Made by a program: the position numbers and the translations under genes
The notes under the pieces: generated by a model
Told to the model about the DNA's origin: nothing
What the model saw: the letters and a program-made list of their open reading frames with translations, nothing else
Database searches by the model: none
Virus record (IMG/VR): IMGVR_UViG_3300025639_000003
Length of the DNA stretch: 64,000 bases
Strand: one strand, 5' to 3'
Source: a virus
In this document: positions 46,973-57,520 of the stretch, one piece after another
Layout: each line of letters opens with the position of its first letter
Position numbering within the stretch: the stretch's first letter is position 1

Positions 46973-47555
46973 TATATAATACCCTCACAATATATTGCAT
47001 TCTATAAACGTCCATAGCTATGTCATGACGAGAATCATGGCTAATAAATTTATTTTTAATATCCTCAGGAATAAATTTATTATCAATCCTCGAACCGAAA
47101 AGCATTCCGTCTAAGAAAGATCTTGTATCACGAATCGCCCACCAGTTTTTAAGATGCGGTTTTCCTGTAGCTTTTAATATTGAATCAATTAGCACAGGAT
47201 CAAAACTATTTCCTCTAGACCATACATGCTTTGCTTGGTCACACTTCATACCTATTAATATATCATATAATGAATCAATGGAAACGTCAAGTTTTTTATT
47301 TGGCGTGAGTTGTTTTAATGCCTCAATACTTTGGTTTTTCCACCAAAGTAAAGTGTCTTTACATATTTTACGACCATAATTCCTAACCTGATCTTCAATA
47401 TCGAATTTTATGTGAGTAGAGTTTTCTACCAATTCGTCATAAGTATAAGGATCAGTGATATATCTATCGGGATCAAACTCCGTAATAGCTAAGTTGACCA
47501 CAACACCGCTAATAGCATCTTGGCTTAACGTTTCAAAATCATAAATTATATCCAT
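46959..47555 (-). CDS. dexA: DexA-like DEDDh 3'-5' exonuclease
   Basis: YDFETL, WSRGNSFD, RDTRS, HDSRHD; start MDIIY. Confidence 0.8.
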   Translation of the reverse strand: MDIIYDFETLSQDAISGVVVNLAITEFDPDRYITDPYTYDELVENSTHIKFDIEDQVRNYGRKICKDTLLWWKNQSIEALKQLTPNKKLDVSIDSLYDILIGMKCDQAKHVWSRGNSFDPVLIDSILKATGKPHLKNWWAIRDTRSFLDGMLFGSRIDNKFIPEDIKNKFISHDSRHDIAMDVYRMQYIVRVLYNEEN

Positions 47556-47556
47556 C

Positions 47557-48270
47557 TCAATGGTCTCTACGTTTGTTGAACACACATATAAATAACAAAT
47601 CTTCATCGTCGCTAGTGTTGAATACTTTATGGTGCTCTCCGTCAGGAATAGTGAACGTTTTGCCTTTTTCAATAGGAAACGGTTTTCCTGATATTTCTAT
47701 AACACCAATCCCACTCAAGAACGTATACACTTCCTCCATTCCTTGATGACAATGCCCCTTTGTTTCTTGCCTTGGATGTAATGTGGTGGTAGAAACGGTT
47801 AAAGCATTCAACTCAGTATTGTCAATAATAGTATAAACTGCATCATCCTTTACAGTTGCGCCAGTTAGTGGCGGAGTTCCTTGATTTTCTACAACTTTCT
47901 TTTTAAGTCCATTAGAACTATAATTATGTTTTCGGGCATTATAATAAGTTTCTATGTTAAGGTTATCTCCAGTAAAATGTTTTCTTTTATAGTCTTCCCC
48001 TATAAATCTGATATCCGGAGTGACAAGTTTCAATAATTCTATCAATTCACTTTCATCATTATACGGAATGATCCTATCAACATATTTCACAGCTTCAAGT
48101 TGAACATATCTCTCAACTATACTTTGGACAGGATATCTACCATACTTAAACGGATTTACATTTAATCCACATATAAGATAATCACAATTTTCTTTACACT
48201 CTTTTAGCATCGCGATGTGCCCTGTGTGTAATAAGTCAAATGGACTACAAGTAAACCCTATCTTCATCAT
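47557..48270 (-). CDS. Sugar/glycerol-phosphate cytidylyltransferase fused to a cupin domain
   Basis: FDLLHTGH, GEDY, YSSNGLK; cupin HCH..MEEVY...HHKV. Confidence 0.85.
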   Translation of the reverse strand: MMKIGFTCSPFDLLHTGHIAMLKECKENCDYLICGLNVNPFKYGRYPVQSIVERYVQLEAVKYVDRIIPYNDESELIELLKLVTPDIRFIGEDYKRKHFTGDNLNIETYYNARKHNYSSNGLKKKVVENQGTPPLTGATVKDDAVYTIIDNTELNALTVSTTTLHPRQETKGHCHQGMEEVYTFLSGIGVIEISGKPFPIEKGKTFTIPDGEHHKVFNTSDDEDLLFICVFNKRRDH

Positions 48271-49208
48271 TTAAACTCCGCATCAACCATAATTTCAGTC
48301 AATAGTGCCATCGTATTAATTTCTTGGTCGGCAACAAATGCTGACTTATATTGGTAGTCCGCCAACGTGACAACTATTTGCGGAATACTTGATGGCGTAA
48401 CTAGATCGTGTAACGATTCATATAACGTTCTGAAAAACGGAGCAACCTCACCGTCAATATTTTGAGCGACCCATTTCCGAACTACACTGAATTCCTTTGC
48501 TTTTAGTGCATCAGTTAAAACTTTAAAGTTAGACTCCTTTTGATTAATTAAAATCCCTGAATCTATTTTTCCAGTTACACTATACCTCTGAAGTTCATTT
48601 AAAATACGACGGTTATCAGGGAAATGTTTCATTACCATTTCCGCAACAACTTTATCTTCAAATTCAATATTTTCTTTTTGAAGGATTGTCTGTACTCTTT
48701 TAAAAAAACCGTTCGCAATTTTAGGCTTTTCTTTAGTCGTTATCTTAAATTCCACTACAGAACACCGACTATGAAGAGGAGCAATAATTTTATTTACGAA
48801 ATTGCAGGTCAATATAAACCCACAATTAGAACTATACTCCTCCATAAAATTACGAAGAGCAGGCTGTACTGTTTCCGCATTTAAATAGTCGGCTTCATCG
48901 AGAATAACATATTTACGCCCACCTGCAAGCGATAGACTAGAAGCAAAATTCTTAATCTTTGTTCTAAGAGTGTCAATAAGGCGACCCTCATCAGAACCGT
49001 TGATGACGATATAATCTGCCCCCAATTCTTCCAACATAGCTTTAGCAATGGTGGTCTTACCTACTCCAGCACTGCCTGTGAGTAGTAAATTTGGAACGTT
49101 ACCACTATCAACGAACTTCTGAAAAGTAGTCTTCAATTCATTAGGAAGAATAGTGTCCGAAACATTCTTCGGACGATATTTTTCCACCCATAAAAAATCA
49201 TCACGCAT
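48267..49208 (-). CDS. gp44: Clamp loader large subunit
   Basis: WVEKYRP, GSAGVGKT, ILDEAD, SRC; start MRDDF. Confidence 0.97.
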   Translation of the reverse strand: MRDDFLWVEKYRPKNVSDTILPNELKTTFQKFVDSGNVPNLLLTGSAGVGKTTIAKAMLEELGADYIVINGSDEGRLIDTLRTKIKNFASSLSLAGGRKYVILDEADYLNAETVQPALRNFMEEYSSNCGFILTCNFVNKIIAPLHSRCSVVEFKITTKEKPKIANGFFKRVQTILQKENIEFEDKVVAEMVMKHFPDNRRILNELQRYSVTGKIDSGILINQKESNFKVLTDALKAKEFSVVRKWVAQNIDGEVAPFFRTLYESLHDLVTPSSIPQIVVTLADYQYKSAFVADQEINTMALLTEIMVDAEFK

Positions 49209-49221
49209 AATATATCCTTTT

Positions 49222-49593
49222 TTAAATTGGCAATTTTGCTCCAGCAATTTTAGGCGAATTAGCATTCTGCACAAGATTTACGGAACAATCGGGTTCAGCG
49301 ATATTAATAGGTAACGAGTTACCATCACAACTCGAACGTTCCTTCTTATTCAATCTATTGCGTCTAGATTCTTCATCCCAACAAACTATACATTTATCTC
49401 GCGTATCATTACACGTCTTACTATCACGGTTAGATGCACGATAAAATTCTACAAGAAGTTTAACATTACCGCAACAGTCGCATCTCTTTACTGCTTCTTT
49501 ATTTCCGTATAGAGTCGATACAATTTTATCTCTTGCAGTTTCCCGTGTCACGACCGGAGGTTTCCCTGCTCTTTTACTCATAATATTCTCCAC
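49222..49593 (-). CDS. Zn-finger hypothetical protein
   Basis: CDCC...EFY...CIVC. Confidence 0.5.
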   Translation of the reverse strand: MENIMSKRAGKPPVVTRETARDKIVSTLYGNKEAVKRCDCCGNVKLLVEFYRASNRDSKTCNDTRDKCIVCWDEESRRNRLNKKERSSCDGNSLPINIAEPDCSVNLVQNANSPKIAGAKLPI

Positions 49594-49631
49594 TTAAATA
49601 TATATTATACCTTGATTTAACATGAAGTAAA

Positions 49632-49907
49632 CTACTTTCCCGTAATTGCTTCATAAAGTTCTTCAAGGTCAGAATTTTCAGCTTTAACTTCTGCCATACT
49701 TTGGTTATGATATATTTTTGCCATCTTAGTAATATACTTTTTAGGAACTTCAGTTCTACTTGAAGTTTCCTCTACAATATCCTTCATTAATTCTCGCTCG
49801 GAATCAATACGTGACATTGACACTGATAGTTCGTTTATTGCATCAAAAATTGCCTTTCTGGTTTTTGGATCACTTGGTATAATAATATTAGTCATTTGAA
49901 CCCTCAT
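49632..49907 (-). CDS. dsbA: DsbA-like double-stranded DNA-binding protein
   Basis: Helical pattern ...KIYHNQ...E..LEELYE resembling T4 DsbA. Confidence 0.65.
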   Translation of the reverse strand: MRVQMTNIIIPSDPKTRKAIFDAINELSVSMSRIDSERELMKDIVEETSSRTEVPKKYITKMAKIYHNQSMAEVKAENSDLEELYEAITGK

Positions 49908-50559
49908 TATAATTGCTACCTGCTTCGTTTGCTACCCAATATTGTACAGACGTGCCTTTAAAGTGAGAAATGCCTTGTTTAGACATCGTAACATCATAGT
50001 CTTGAGTCATGAATTTGAAGTTCTCGACCTTGAATACAAATTCAAATTCCGCATCAGTGGTAGAATTTAACTCATGAGAAAATTCATTACATGTAGGATT
50101 TTTAGTATCAGTTGCAACCAAATGAATCAACCCATTACCACGAACAACAATTTCAGGCAACCCCAATTGATTTGCCCCATCAATTACCTTTTTCAAATCC
50201 TCATTACGAAGACTAAATTTAACTTCCTGAGAAGGCAAGTCTAAATTTTGCTTAGGAGGTTGAGTTACCATAGAAGGATCAGCATAAGTATATCTTGATT
50301 TATTAGTTCCCTCACTAATAATGACCGAAGATTCGCCAAATGAATAGTCAGCATCATTAAATAGGCTAGAAAGACCTAAGAATTGATTTAAATCGTATAT
50401 AGCAAAATCTTTACTGAATGTTTCGTCTATATTTGCTTGAGCAAGAATATTCTTTTGCTCAGACACAGTCCGTAAAGTATTGCCGACTTTAACTGCAATG
50501 CTCGGATTAATTGATGCAAAATTCTTAAATACTTCAAACGTTTTCTCAGTAATTTTCAT
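49888..50559 (-). CDS. gp45: Sliding clamp
   Basis: KNFASINPSI, FAIYDLNQFL, FKVENFK, YWVANE. Confidence 0.95.
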   Translation of the reverse strand: MKITEKTFEVFKNFASINPSIAVKVGNTLRTVSEQKNILAQANIDETFSKDFAIYDLNQFLGLSSLFNDADYSFGESSVIISEGTNKSRYTYADPSMVTQPPKQNLDLPSQEVKFSLRNEDLKKVIDGANQLGLPEIVVRGNGLIHLVATDTKNPTCNEFSHELNSTTDAEFEFVFKVENFKFMTQDYDVTMSKQGISHFKGTSVQYWVANEAGSNYNEGSND

Positions 50560-50901
50560 TTATTTTTTCTCCATTCTCAAATCAAGTTTTTTATCATTTT
50601 CAAAATCTACACTATTTTCATTTTGACTATCATGTAGGTATAATGCCATTATACCGTAATGTAACACTTTCATCAAGTCTTTTCTCGATTCAATAGAATT
50701 TCCCTTTTTCCCATAGCGTTGTGCATATTTCATAATATTGCCAATCGTAAACCCTACTCCATGACCTGAATCGAAAATAACTTCTGCTGCTTGAAGTTTA
50801 GAATTACTATAATGTCCTTCGTATGTATCTTCAATATACTCCATCAATTCTTGAACGAATGCAGGTTCGTTATATTTAAAATCAGAATTCATATCAATCA
50901 C
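50560..50901 (-). CDS. DUF3310-like protein
   Basis: HY...GFTIGNIMKYAQRYGKKG...DLMKVLHY. Confidence 0.75.
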   Translation of the reverse strand: MIDMNSDFKYNEPAFVQELMEYIEDTYEGHYSNSKLQAAEVIFDSGHGVGFTIGNIMKYAQRYGKKGNSIESRKDLMKVLHYGIMALYLHDSQNENSVDFENDKKLDLRMEKK

Positions 50902-51755
50902 CTTTTCATATTTTTAATTAAATCTGGGTCAGCTGTTGCCGTTGCTCCTAATTTAGCAAGATCGGCTAAAGACCCACCAAATGTATACGACCCTGTATGC
51001 ATCAACTTCATCCAAGGGCACATCCAAGTTGCTATTCCAATTTCCCTCATCCATTGGCAGAACATATAGTCTTCCGATAAATATCTCCTAGACTTATCGT
51101 CAATTAATGCCTGAAAATACATAAAAATTGAACGCGAGCCGTCAAAATGTTTAGTTCTAACGTGATCAGGCAAATAATTATAATCGGGATAAGCGTCTTG
51201 AAACTTATAAAAGGCATTTTTTGTAATCATCATAAATCCCGTTCCACCCTCAAGAACCTTAACTGGTTCATCAATACGAACTGATTTAGTATCGTCAGCT
51301 GGATTAAATACATAATCCCCAACATAGTTTTCTAGTGCACTAGGATCTGCATCAGCAAAACCTTTATCTACAGCTTGCTTAATTTTCTCCCAAGCAATTG
51401 TTTTCTTAGGGTATGGTCCGCACATAATGTCCTTATCATTATTCGGATCATCATTATCCATCAATGCCGCTAATGTCAACACGTCATTAGGATCAAACCC
51501 AATATCACTATCAATAAACATCATATGCGTATAATCTCCACGCATAAACTCGTCTGCGCAATAGTTTCTAGCACGAGTAATTAGTGATTCGTTAAAAAGA
51601 TAAAAGAACTTAATCTCAACACCATATGCTTGCCCAAGTTTAGCAAGATCGGCAGTAGATCTAGTGTACATCCCATGGCATTGCCCACCATACATTGGCG
51701 TTGCAACAAAAATTTTACGCTTTCGTAAAATAGATAAATCAATTTTAATATCCAT
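50898..51755 (-). CDS. GT-A fold glycosyltransferase-like protein
   Basis: ATPMYGG, ESLITRARN, FIDSD, LSEDYMFC. Confidence 0.75.
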   Translation of the reverse strand: MDIKIDLSILRKRKIFVATPMYGGQCHGMYTRSTADLAKLGQAYGVEIKFFYLFNESLITRARNYCADEFMRGDYTHMMFIDSDIGFDPNDVLTLAALMDNDDPNNDKDIMCGPYPKKTIAWEKIKQAVDKGFADADPSALENYVGDYVFNPADDTKSVRIDEPVKVLEGGTGFMMITKNAFYKFQDAYPDYNYLPDHVRTKHFDGSRSIFMYFQALIDDKSRRYLSEDYMFCQWMREIGIATWMCPWMKLMHTGSYTFGGSLADLAKLGATATADPDLIKNMKR

Positions 51756-51781
51756 TATTTCCTCATAAGTAAGTAATTATT

Positions 51782-51810
51782 ATTATATACTAATTATATA
51801 TAGGAGTAAA
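51782..51810 (-). promoter_or_regulatory. Sigma70-type promoter TTTACT-N17-TATAAT
   Basis: Exact hexamers and spacing. Confidence 0.7.
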
Positions 51811-51818
51811 GTAATTAT

Positions 51819-52019
51819 TTAAGACGGTTCTTTATCAACCATTAAACTATTAGTCACCTCGTCCTCGTCCATATTATACCCCACACTTTTCATAAACGAT
51901 TCGAATACTTGAATCACTTCGTAAGATTGACTGTCCCCCGAAATCGTATGCGTTATTTCTACACTGTCTTTTAACACATACGAAAATGTAATTTTACCAT
52001 AATCGTCAAACATAACCAT
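51819..52019 (-). CDS. Small hypothetical protein
   Basis: FESFMKSVGY. Confidence 0.5.
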   Translation of the reverse strand: MVMFDDYGKITFSYVLKDSVEITHTISGDSQSYEVIQVFESFMKSVGYNMDEDEVTNSLMVDKEPS

Positions 52020-52028
52020 ATTCCTTAT

Positions 52029-52054
52029 AAAATAAGGGGGAAAATAATTCCCCC
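52029..52054 (-). terminator. Rho-independent terminator
   Basis: GGGGGAA/TTCCCCC stem followed by TTATTTT on the minus strand. Confidence 0.7.
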
Positions 52055-52081
52055 ACTAAAAACTATCTATGAAATAAAGAA

Positions 52082-53224
52082 CTATTCCTCAACAGCCGCA
52101 ATATTGTCATCGACGACACATACTCCATCACTTATATATTCTGCAACCGAACTATCAATTTTAGAGTAAAGATCAGAAAATGATTCTTTAGTGTCGTCAT
52201 CAAACCGATTAATACACATATTAATTGCCGTCATACGATCATCAAAGATTGAATATGCTTTAGCAATATGAACAAGGCGACGAGTTGAAATAATCTCATC
52301 GACGCCACCATCGTAAAATGTCTTACGAATGATGTCAGCCCAATCAACTAATTTTCTATAAAAATCATCGTCATTAATATCCAAATCATTAAACACTCTG
52401 CTTAGAATAGTTTTCTCGATAGCTGGAGTTGGGTACGATTGCTCGACAGTGATAGGGAAACGTTCTAGGAATGCTTCATTCATCACATTAGTACCAATAA
52501 AGCGACCGTCGTCAGATCCTTTACCTTTAGTGTTAGCAGTAGCAACCACAGTAAATCCCTTTTCAGGCTTGATGAAATTTCCAGTCTTTTTAATGAAATA
52601 TCCCTTTCCTTCAAGAATTGATTGAAGGCACATAATTTTAGCAGGGTTCGCTAAATCAATTTCATCAAGTAACAGCACCGCACCACGTTCCATTGCTTTA
52701 ATAACTGGACCTTTAAAGAACTTCGTTTCGCCATTAACTAGACGGAAACCACCAATCAGATCATCTTCGTCCGTTTCAACAGTAAAGTTGACACGAATAA
52801 CTTCACGTTTAGCCGTGGCACATTCTTGCTCAACTCCAAAGGTCTTACCGTTACCTGAAAGACCAGTAATATAGACAGGATAAAACATCTTAGACTTAAT
52901 CACGTCACGAATGGTCTTGGCATTACCGAATGCAACATATAGTGGGTCTTTTTCAGGAATAAGATTTTCGCTAAACCCACCGTTATCTATATCAAATGAA
53001 AATGAAGACCGTTTTTCAGGTTTAACATCGGCAGGTTTAACCTGAGTCATTGGAACTATTTGGGCGTTAATTTGATACATGCCTCGACTAATTCTATTTT
53101 CGGGAGTAGTCAACCAACTCCACCCGATCCCATTTTCAATTGCTAATTCTTTCAGCTCTTTTTTTGAAGCACTTGACCCAAATCTTTGAGCCGCAATATC
53201 TAAAAACCCTTTTCTATCCATCAT
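52082..53224 (-). CDS. MoxR/CbbQ-type AAA+ ATPase (CobS-like)
   Basis: GLSGNGKT, LLLDEID, ATANTKG, NEAFLERF. Confidence 0.9.
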   Translation of the reverse strand: MMDRKGFLDIAAQRFGSSASKKELKELAIENGIGWSWLTTPENRISRGMYQINAQIVPMTQVKPADVKPEKRSSFSFDIDNGGFSENLIPEKDPLYVAFGNAKTIRDVIKSKMFYPVYITGLSGNGKTFGVEQECATAKREVIRVNFTVETDEDDLIGGFRLVNGETKFFKGPVIKAMERGAVLLLDEIDLANPAKIMCLQSILEGKGYFIKKTGNFIKPEKGFTVVATANTKGKGSDDGRFIGTNVMNEAFLERFPITVEQSYPTPAIEKTILSRVFNDLDINDDDFYRKLVDWADIIRKTFYDGGVDEIISTRRLVHIAKAYSIFDDRMTAINMCINRFDDDTKESFSDLYSKIDSSVAEYISDGVCVVDDNIAAVEE

Positions 53225-53261
53225 AATATAAATACCTCTCAATTAACTAACTTACAATACA

Positions 53262-53290
53262 ATTATAAACGACCTTGAACCAAAAGTAAA
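53262..53290 (-). promoter_or_regulatory. Sigma70-type early promoter TTTACT-N17-TATAAT
   Basis: Exact hexamers; adjoins the 38-bp repeated leader. Confidence 0.8.
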
Positions 53291-53308
53291 GGATTATTTT
53301 AACTTTTT

Positions 53309-55468
53309 TCAAGCAATTTCTTTAATAAATTCATTCAACATAGTGCGGGATACCAATTTTGATTTATTTGCTTTCTTAAAGGCACTGGTAATTTGCCCCT
53401 TTTTCGCATCGGTAGCAACTTCAAATGAACCGTTAGCAGTCTTCAACCCAGCACCACCTTTGATAGCAAAGAACTTAGTATAACCTTGACCTGGAATAGT
53501 CGTATAATTTTCTTTTTTTAGTTCTTTCAGCATATCAAATATAGCTAACGATCCAACCCCACACTTATCGAAAACCCAACTAACTTGACTTCGACCTTGG
53601 GGCATGATTCTAAACCCAATAACATTTGACTTAGTTCTATCAGAATACATTTCCAATAAAGTTTTAGTGAACTTTGCATTATTCACCCTATATCGCTTTT
53701 TTGTTACAGGATCAGTAATACTAATTACAGTATCACTTTGAACATAAGATATTGCAACTCGGCTAATAGACATCGGCATTGGTCTATCGAACCGATCTTT
53801 ATACGCAAAGTGTGACATGTGCGAATCGCCATCAGTCAAGAAAATCGTATTAACTATGTCAACACGGTTTTCTTCTTGGAACATATCATATATTACTGGA
53901 GCCATTGTTAAGGTGGTATCAAGTGGGGTTCCGCCTAACGCATATTCGCTTCGAACTTGACCGATATGATTAGCTAAAGTCAACAAAATTTTAGACATTC
54001 TAGTAATTTGTCGACCATTCATTTTATTATTGAAAAACTCAAGTAGCTGAAACGATGACTCCGGAACCAAGTTAAGTTGCTCAGTAGAACTTAAAATCTC
54101 GTCATAATTTTCAGTTTTATGATATCGATTAGTAAAAGCATATACACGGAACGGAATTTGTACTTGGCGGCAGAAGTGAACTAAATTTAAAGTTTGTTCA
54201 ACAGTATTAAATAAGTCGTGAGCCATCGAACCCGACCAGTCAAGATACATAATCATTCCGTGATTTTTTCCTTCCGGAATATTAGTAACTTTCTTAAAAA
54301 TATCATCACTATATCTATATGAATTTAGCAGCACTGGGTCAATAACTCCAGTCTTAGAAGTAGTTGCCCGAGAGTAAGCAGAGGCAGACTTTTTCATTTC
54401 AAATTCTTTAACTAAATATTTGATGGTCTTTTTATTATTCTTCATGAACGAATTAAGAAGATCATCTCCATGCTCTTCTGCTCGAGATAACATTCCAAAA
54501 ACGGGACGATCGTGGTTGCGATATGTTTCGTTCATATTAGAAAAATCTTCAAGAATCTCTTTATATCCTATTGTGAGACCCTTAACCGTAGTTCGATTGT
54601 AGTATTTGTTAGTCAGATTATAAACATCACCTTGATGAGTATCGCCCAATTCAGACTCAATCCGATTGCGAAGTGCTTCATCGGTTTTTGATCCAATAGT
54701 ATCTTCAACAGATTCGTCATTAAACTCATCAGTCACCGAATCACCATATCCTTCAACTTCAACTTCTTCAGTTTCATCCTCAAACATACCGCTATCATCA
54801 AATTCGCTCATTTCATCAAATTCGAATTTTTCAGGCTCAGGCTTGGTGTCATCATCAAATTCCATTGACATCAATTCTTGAACTTCGTCTTCTTTGTTGG
54901 TAGCGTCTTCAGTAGCTTTTGTATACATTCGGTCAGCGATATCGACCACTTGGTCCCAAGTAGTTGCGGCTTCGATTTCTTCAACCCAAACCATTTCTTC
55001 AGGTTCAATACGGACACCAGACGAACGCCCGAGTTTAAAATAAGTATTGATTCTATCAATCAAATTATATTGATTGATTCCTTCGACATCATCGCCAAAG
55101 AATCCATCTTTAAGCATTTTATTATAGGATTTTACAAATTCGCGACGCAATCCAGGATACTTGCGTTGAATAAGTTTTTCAATGCGAGCATCTTCAATAA
55201 CATTTAAATATGATTTGTATGCAGGAGAATTATCAGAAACAGCATCACGCCATCCTTCTTCAGGAGTGTATAATGCGTGCCCAACTTCATGCCCGACAAG
55301 GTGATCATATGTAAATCCCTCCATATCATCCCAAATAGGAAGAGTCAGAACACGCTTTTTAACGTCGAACGATGCAGTTTTAACCTTATCATGGGTTACA
55401 GTTAAATTCTCTGTAGCTAAGAGTTTAGCTAGAATATCTTTAGAACTTATCATATAATTACCTCTCAA
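53309..55468 (-). CDS. CobT-like metallopeptidase + VWA domain protein
   Basis: HEVGH, EDARIE, MIDAS DWSGS, GGTPL, LTDG. Confidence 0.85.
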   Translation of the reverse strand: MRGNYMISSKDILAKLLATENLTVTHDKVKTASFDVKKRVLTLPIWDDMEGFTYDHLVGHEVGHALYTPEEGWRDAVSDNSPAYKSYLNVIEDARIEKLIQRKYPGLRREFVKSYNKMLKDGFFGDDVEGINQYNLIDRINTYFKLGRSSGVRIEPEEMVWVEEIEAATTWDQVVDIADRMYTKATEDATNKEDEVQELMSMEFDDDTKPEPEKFEFDEMSEFDDSGMFEDETEEVEVEGYGDSVTDEFNDESVEDTIGSKTDEALRNRIESELGDTHQGDVYNLTNKYYNRTTVKGLTIGYKEILEDFSNMNETYRNHDRPVFGMLSRAEEHGDDLLNSFMKNNKKTIKYLVKEFEMKKSASAYSRATTSKTGVIDPVLLNSYRYSDDIFKKVTNIPEGKNHGMIMYLDWSGSMAHDLFNTVEQTLNLVHFCRQVQIPFRVYAFTNRYHKTENYDEILSSTEQLNLVPESSFQLLEFFNNKMNGRQITRMSKILLTLANHIGQVRSEYALGGTPLDTTLTMAPVIYDMFQEENRVDIVNTIFLTDGDSHMSHFAYKDRFDRPMPMSISRVAISYVQSDTVISITDPVTKKRYRVNNAKFTKTLLEMYSDRTKSNVIGFRIMPQGRSQVSWVFDKCGVGSLAIFDMLKELKKENYTTIPGQGYTKFFAIKGGAGLKTANGSFEVATDAKKGQITSAFKKANKSKLVSRTMLNEFIKEIA

Positions 55469-55487
55469 ATTACCAACTTCAAGTTAT

Positions 55488-55516
55488 ATTATACTCTTAT
55501 TGTTTTAAAAAGTAAA
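55488..55516 (-). promoter_or_regulatory. Sigma70-type early promoter TTTACT-N17-TATAAT
   Basis: Exact hexamers and spacing. Confidence 0.8.
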
Positions 55517-55524
55517 GGATTTTT

Positions 55525-56085
55525 TTAACTTTTTTTCAAAAAATCGTTGGTAATCCATTCCAAAACAGTATTAGTATCCTCTTCCGTTTCGTGGTTAAAC
55601 GTTTTAATGATGCCTAACTCCTCCCCGAAGAGCGTCATTTTAGGTCCAAATTCATCAACTACATTTTTACATTTAGTTTTAGTCGTCTGTATAAATTTAT
55701 CGCTTTGATTGGACCCACGTTCTTTATATCGTTTCTCCCGAGTTTTATCAGAAACAGTTAAATGTATTATCGTCAAATCATCGCCACATGTTCTAAAAAA
55801 TTCCCTACTATTAAGACGGTCTCCTTCGCCTATAATTATCTCATCAGGTTTAGTTTTGATCCATTCTATTGCTTTAGGTGCAACAGCCATACTCAAACGA
55901 TCAGTTCCTGCATATACTCCTTCTCCATCATACTTACCCAAAATTCGAATATTACCTGACCTTTCTGTATCTAGTAAATCGGCAACCCTTTCCTTTTCCC
56001 AAGAGTTACTAATATTGGTTCTTATAGCATTCATAAGAGTAGTCTTGCCAGTTCCAGGCATCCCGATCATATAATATATCTTCAT
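55525..56085 (-). CDS. P-loop nucleotide kinase of a DNA-modification cluster
   Basis: GMPGTGKT, GTDRLS, EGDRL, RGSNQ. Confidence 0.75.
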   Translation of the reverse strand: MKIYYMIGMPGTGKTTLMNAIRTNISNSWEKERVADLLDTERSGNIRILGKYDGEGVYAGTDRLSMAVAPKAIEWIKTKPDEIIIGEGDRLNSREFFRTCGDDLTIIHLTVSDKTREKRYKERGSNQSDKFIQTTKTKCKNVVDEFGPKMTLFGEELGIIKTFNHETEEDTNTVLEWITNDFLKKS

Positions 56086-57500
56086 GTAAAAAACCCCTCT
56101 AGACTAGATTTCACCTCATATGCCTCAGGGTGATATTTTTCAACAACATTCTTACCCATTTTTGATTCTAAATAATCATACCATTCATTATCGCCCCACA
56201 TTTTAGGGGAAACTCCATTCCAAAAAGGTTTCCATAATGGGTGGGTTTTATTTGTTCTTCTAGAATCAACGTAGTTCTTTCTAGTATTTTCATATTCCCA
56301 TGAACCCAATTTATCCATATCTTCGCGAAAATAGAATACTAATGACATTCTCAAAAAATCATCGTCTCCAGAATCTGGTGCATCTATAGGCGTATTAGCA
56401 TGAATTATACGCATATTATCAATTAATAAAAGATCTCCAGGACGGCAGTTAATTGCCGCACGAACTTCAGGGCAAACTAGATAACCTCCTTTCCAATTCT
56501 TTCCATCTTTAGTTATTACAGTAAGATTTGAGAATCCTTCATTCAATGAACCCGCATCTCTATGGCATGCCATACGAGCATTTCTATCTGCAGTCGTCGT
56601 GTTCACAGTTATAGTTGTAAAAGTTGTATCCTCTCCAATTAAAAATTTATTATCCAACCTTTTAGCATATTCATATTGCCTATCCCAACGAATCGGCATT
56701 AATTTTTTAAATTCTGACTCAAGTTTCCTTGCAAATGGGTAGCATTTTTTAAATGCTTCCCTATTATGATCAACATAAGCAGTGGCTCTGCCATACGGTA
56801 TTCTAGGATATCTTCCATAAAATCCAGCAATACCTGACCATATTGGGGCAGCATATGATGTATCGGAAATATAATTTTCCGAAATACGTTTAGCACATTT
56901 ACTCGCTTTATCGATATCCATGATCTTCAATTCTTCAATGAGAGTTGAAAAAAATGAAGAATAATTTCCATAGGTTTCTTCTACTTTAGTTCTTAACCAA
57001 ACACCCCCACGATTAACGTGCGTTGAACACTCATGTTTTTTCTTAATGTCTTCAAATCTATCAGAACCATCAATTGGTTTTGGTTGACCTGAAATAAAAT
57101 AATCTAATATTTCTATCTGATATGCCGTAACCCAATCTCTATTTCCAGACTTTTCTGATCTTGGACCCGCAGCCATACCTCTATTATTCGACTCAACTGC
57201 AGCATCAAATAATCCTTCAAATGCCCCAACTTGCTCATCATGGGTAAACACGTTCTTACGAAATTTGAATGCTACATCATCCTCAGTAAGATCATCAGAA
57301 CCTGTGATAGCTTTTTTTGGTAAATAAAAATCAGCATCACTATCAACAACTATATCATAAAAATCAGAATCTACATATTTCCCAAGAAGATCGTTTCCAT
57401 TTGAAATGAACTTCGAGACATAAACATCTTGCCCCTCATCGCCCTTATATTTTTGCCAAACGTGATTTCCAATTTTAACTTCTTCCATAATTTGCCTCAA
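56082..57500 (-). CDS. TET/JBP-family 2OG-Fe(II) dioxygenase
   Basis: FTTITVN, HRD, GFSNL, GGYLVCPE, RPGDLLL, IIHAN, RMSLVFYFRE. Confidence 0.85.
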   Translation of the reverse strand: MRQIMEEVKIGNHVWQKYKGDEGQDVYVSKFISNGNDLLGKYVDSDFYDIVVDSDADFYLPKKAITGSDDLTEDDVAFKFRKNVFTHDEQVGAFEGLFDAAVESNNRGMAAGPRSEKSGNRDWVTAYQIEILDYFISGQPKPIDGSDRFEDIKKKHECSTHVNRGGVWLRTKVEETYGNYSSFFSTLIEELKIMDIDKASKCAKRISENYISDTSYAAPIWSGIAGFYGRYPRIPYGRATAYVDHNREAFKKCYPFARKLESEFKKLMPIRWDRQYEYAKRLDNKFLIGEDTTFTTITVNTTTADRNARMACHRDAGSLNEGFSNLTVITKDGKNWKGGYLVCPEVRAAINCRPGDLLLIDNMRIIHANTPIDAPDSGDDDFLRMSLVFYFREDMDKLGSWEYENTRKNYVDSRRTNKTHPLWKPFWNGVSPKMWGDNEWYDYLESKMGKNVVEKYHPEAYEVKSSLEGFFT

Positions 57501-57520
57501 AGAAATATATTTAATATGTT

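Noticed and set aside
52082-53242. cobS as a cobalamin-synthesis gene
   Set aside because: It is a MoxR-type AAA+ paired with a VWA protein; no other cob genes are present.
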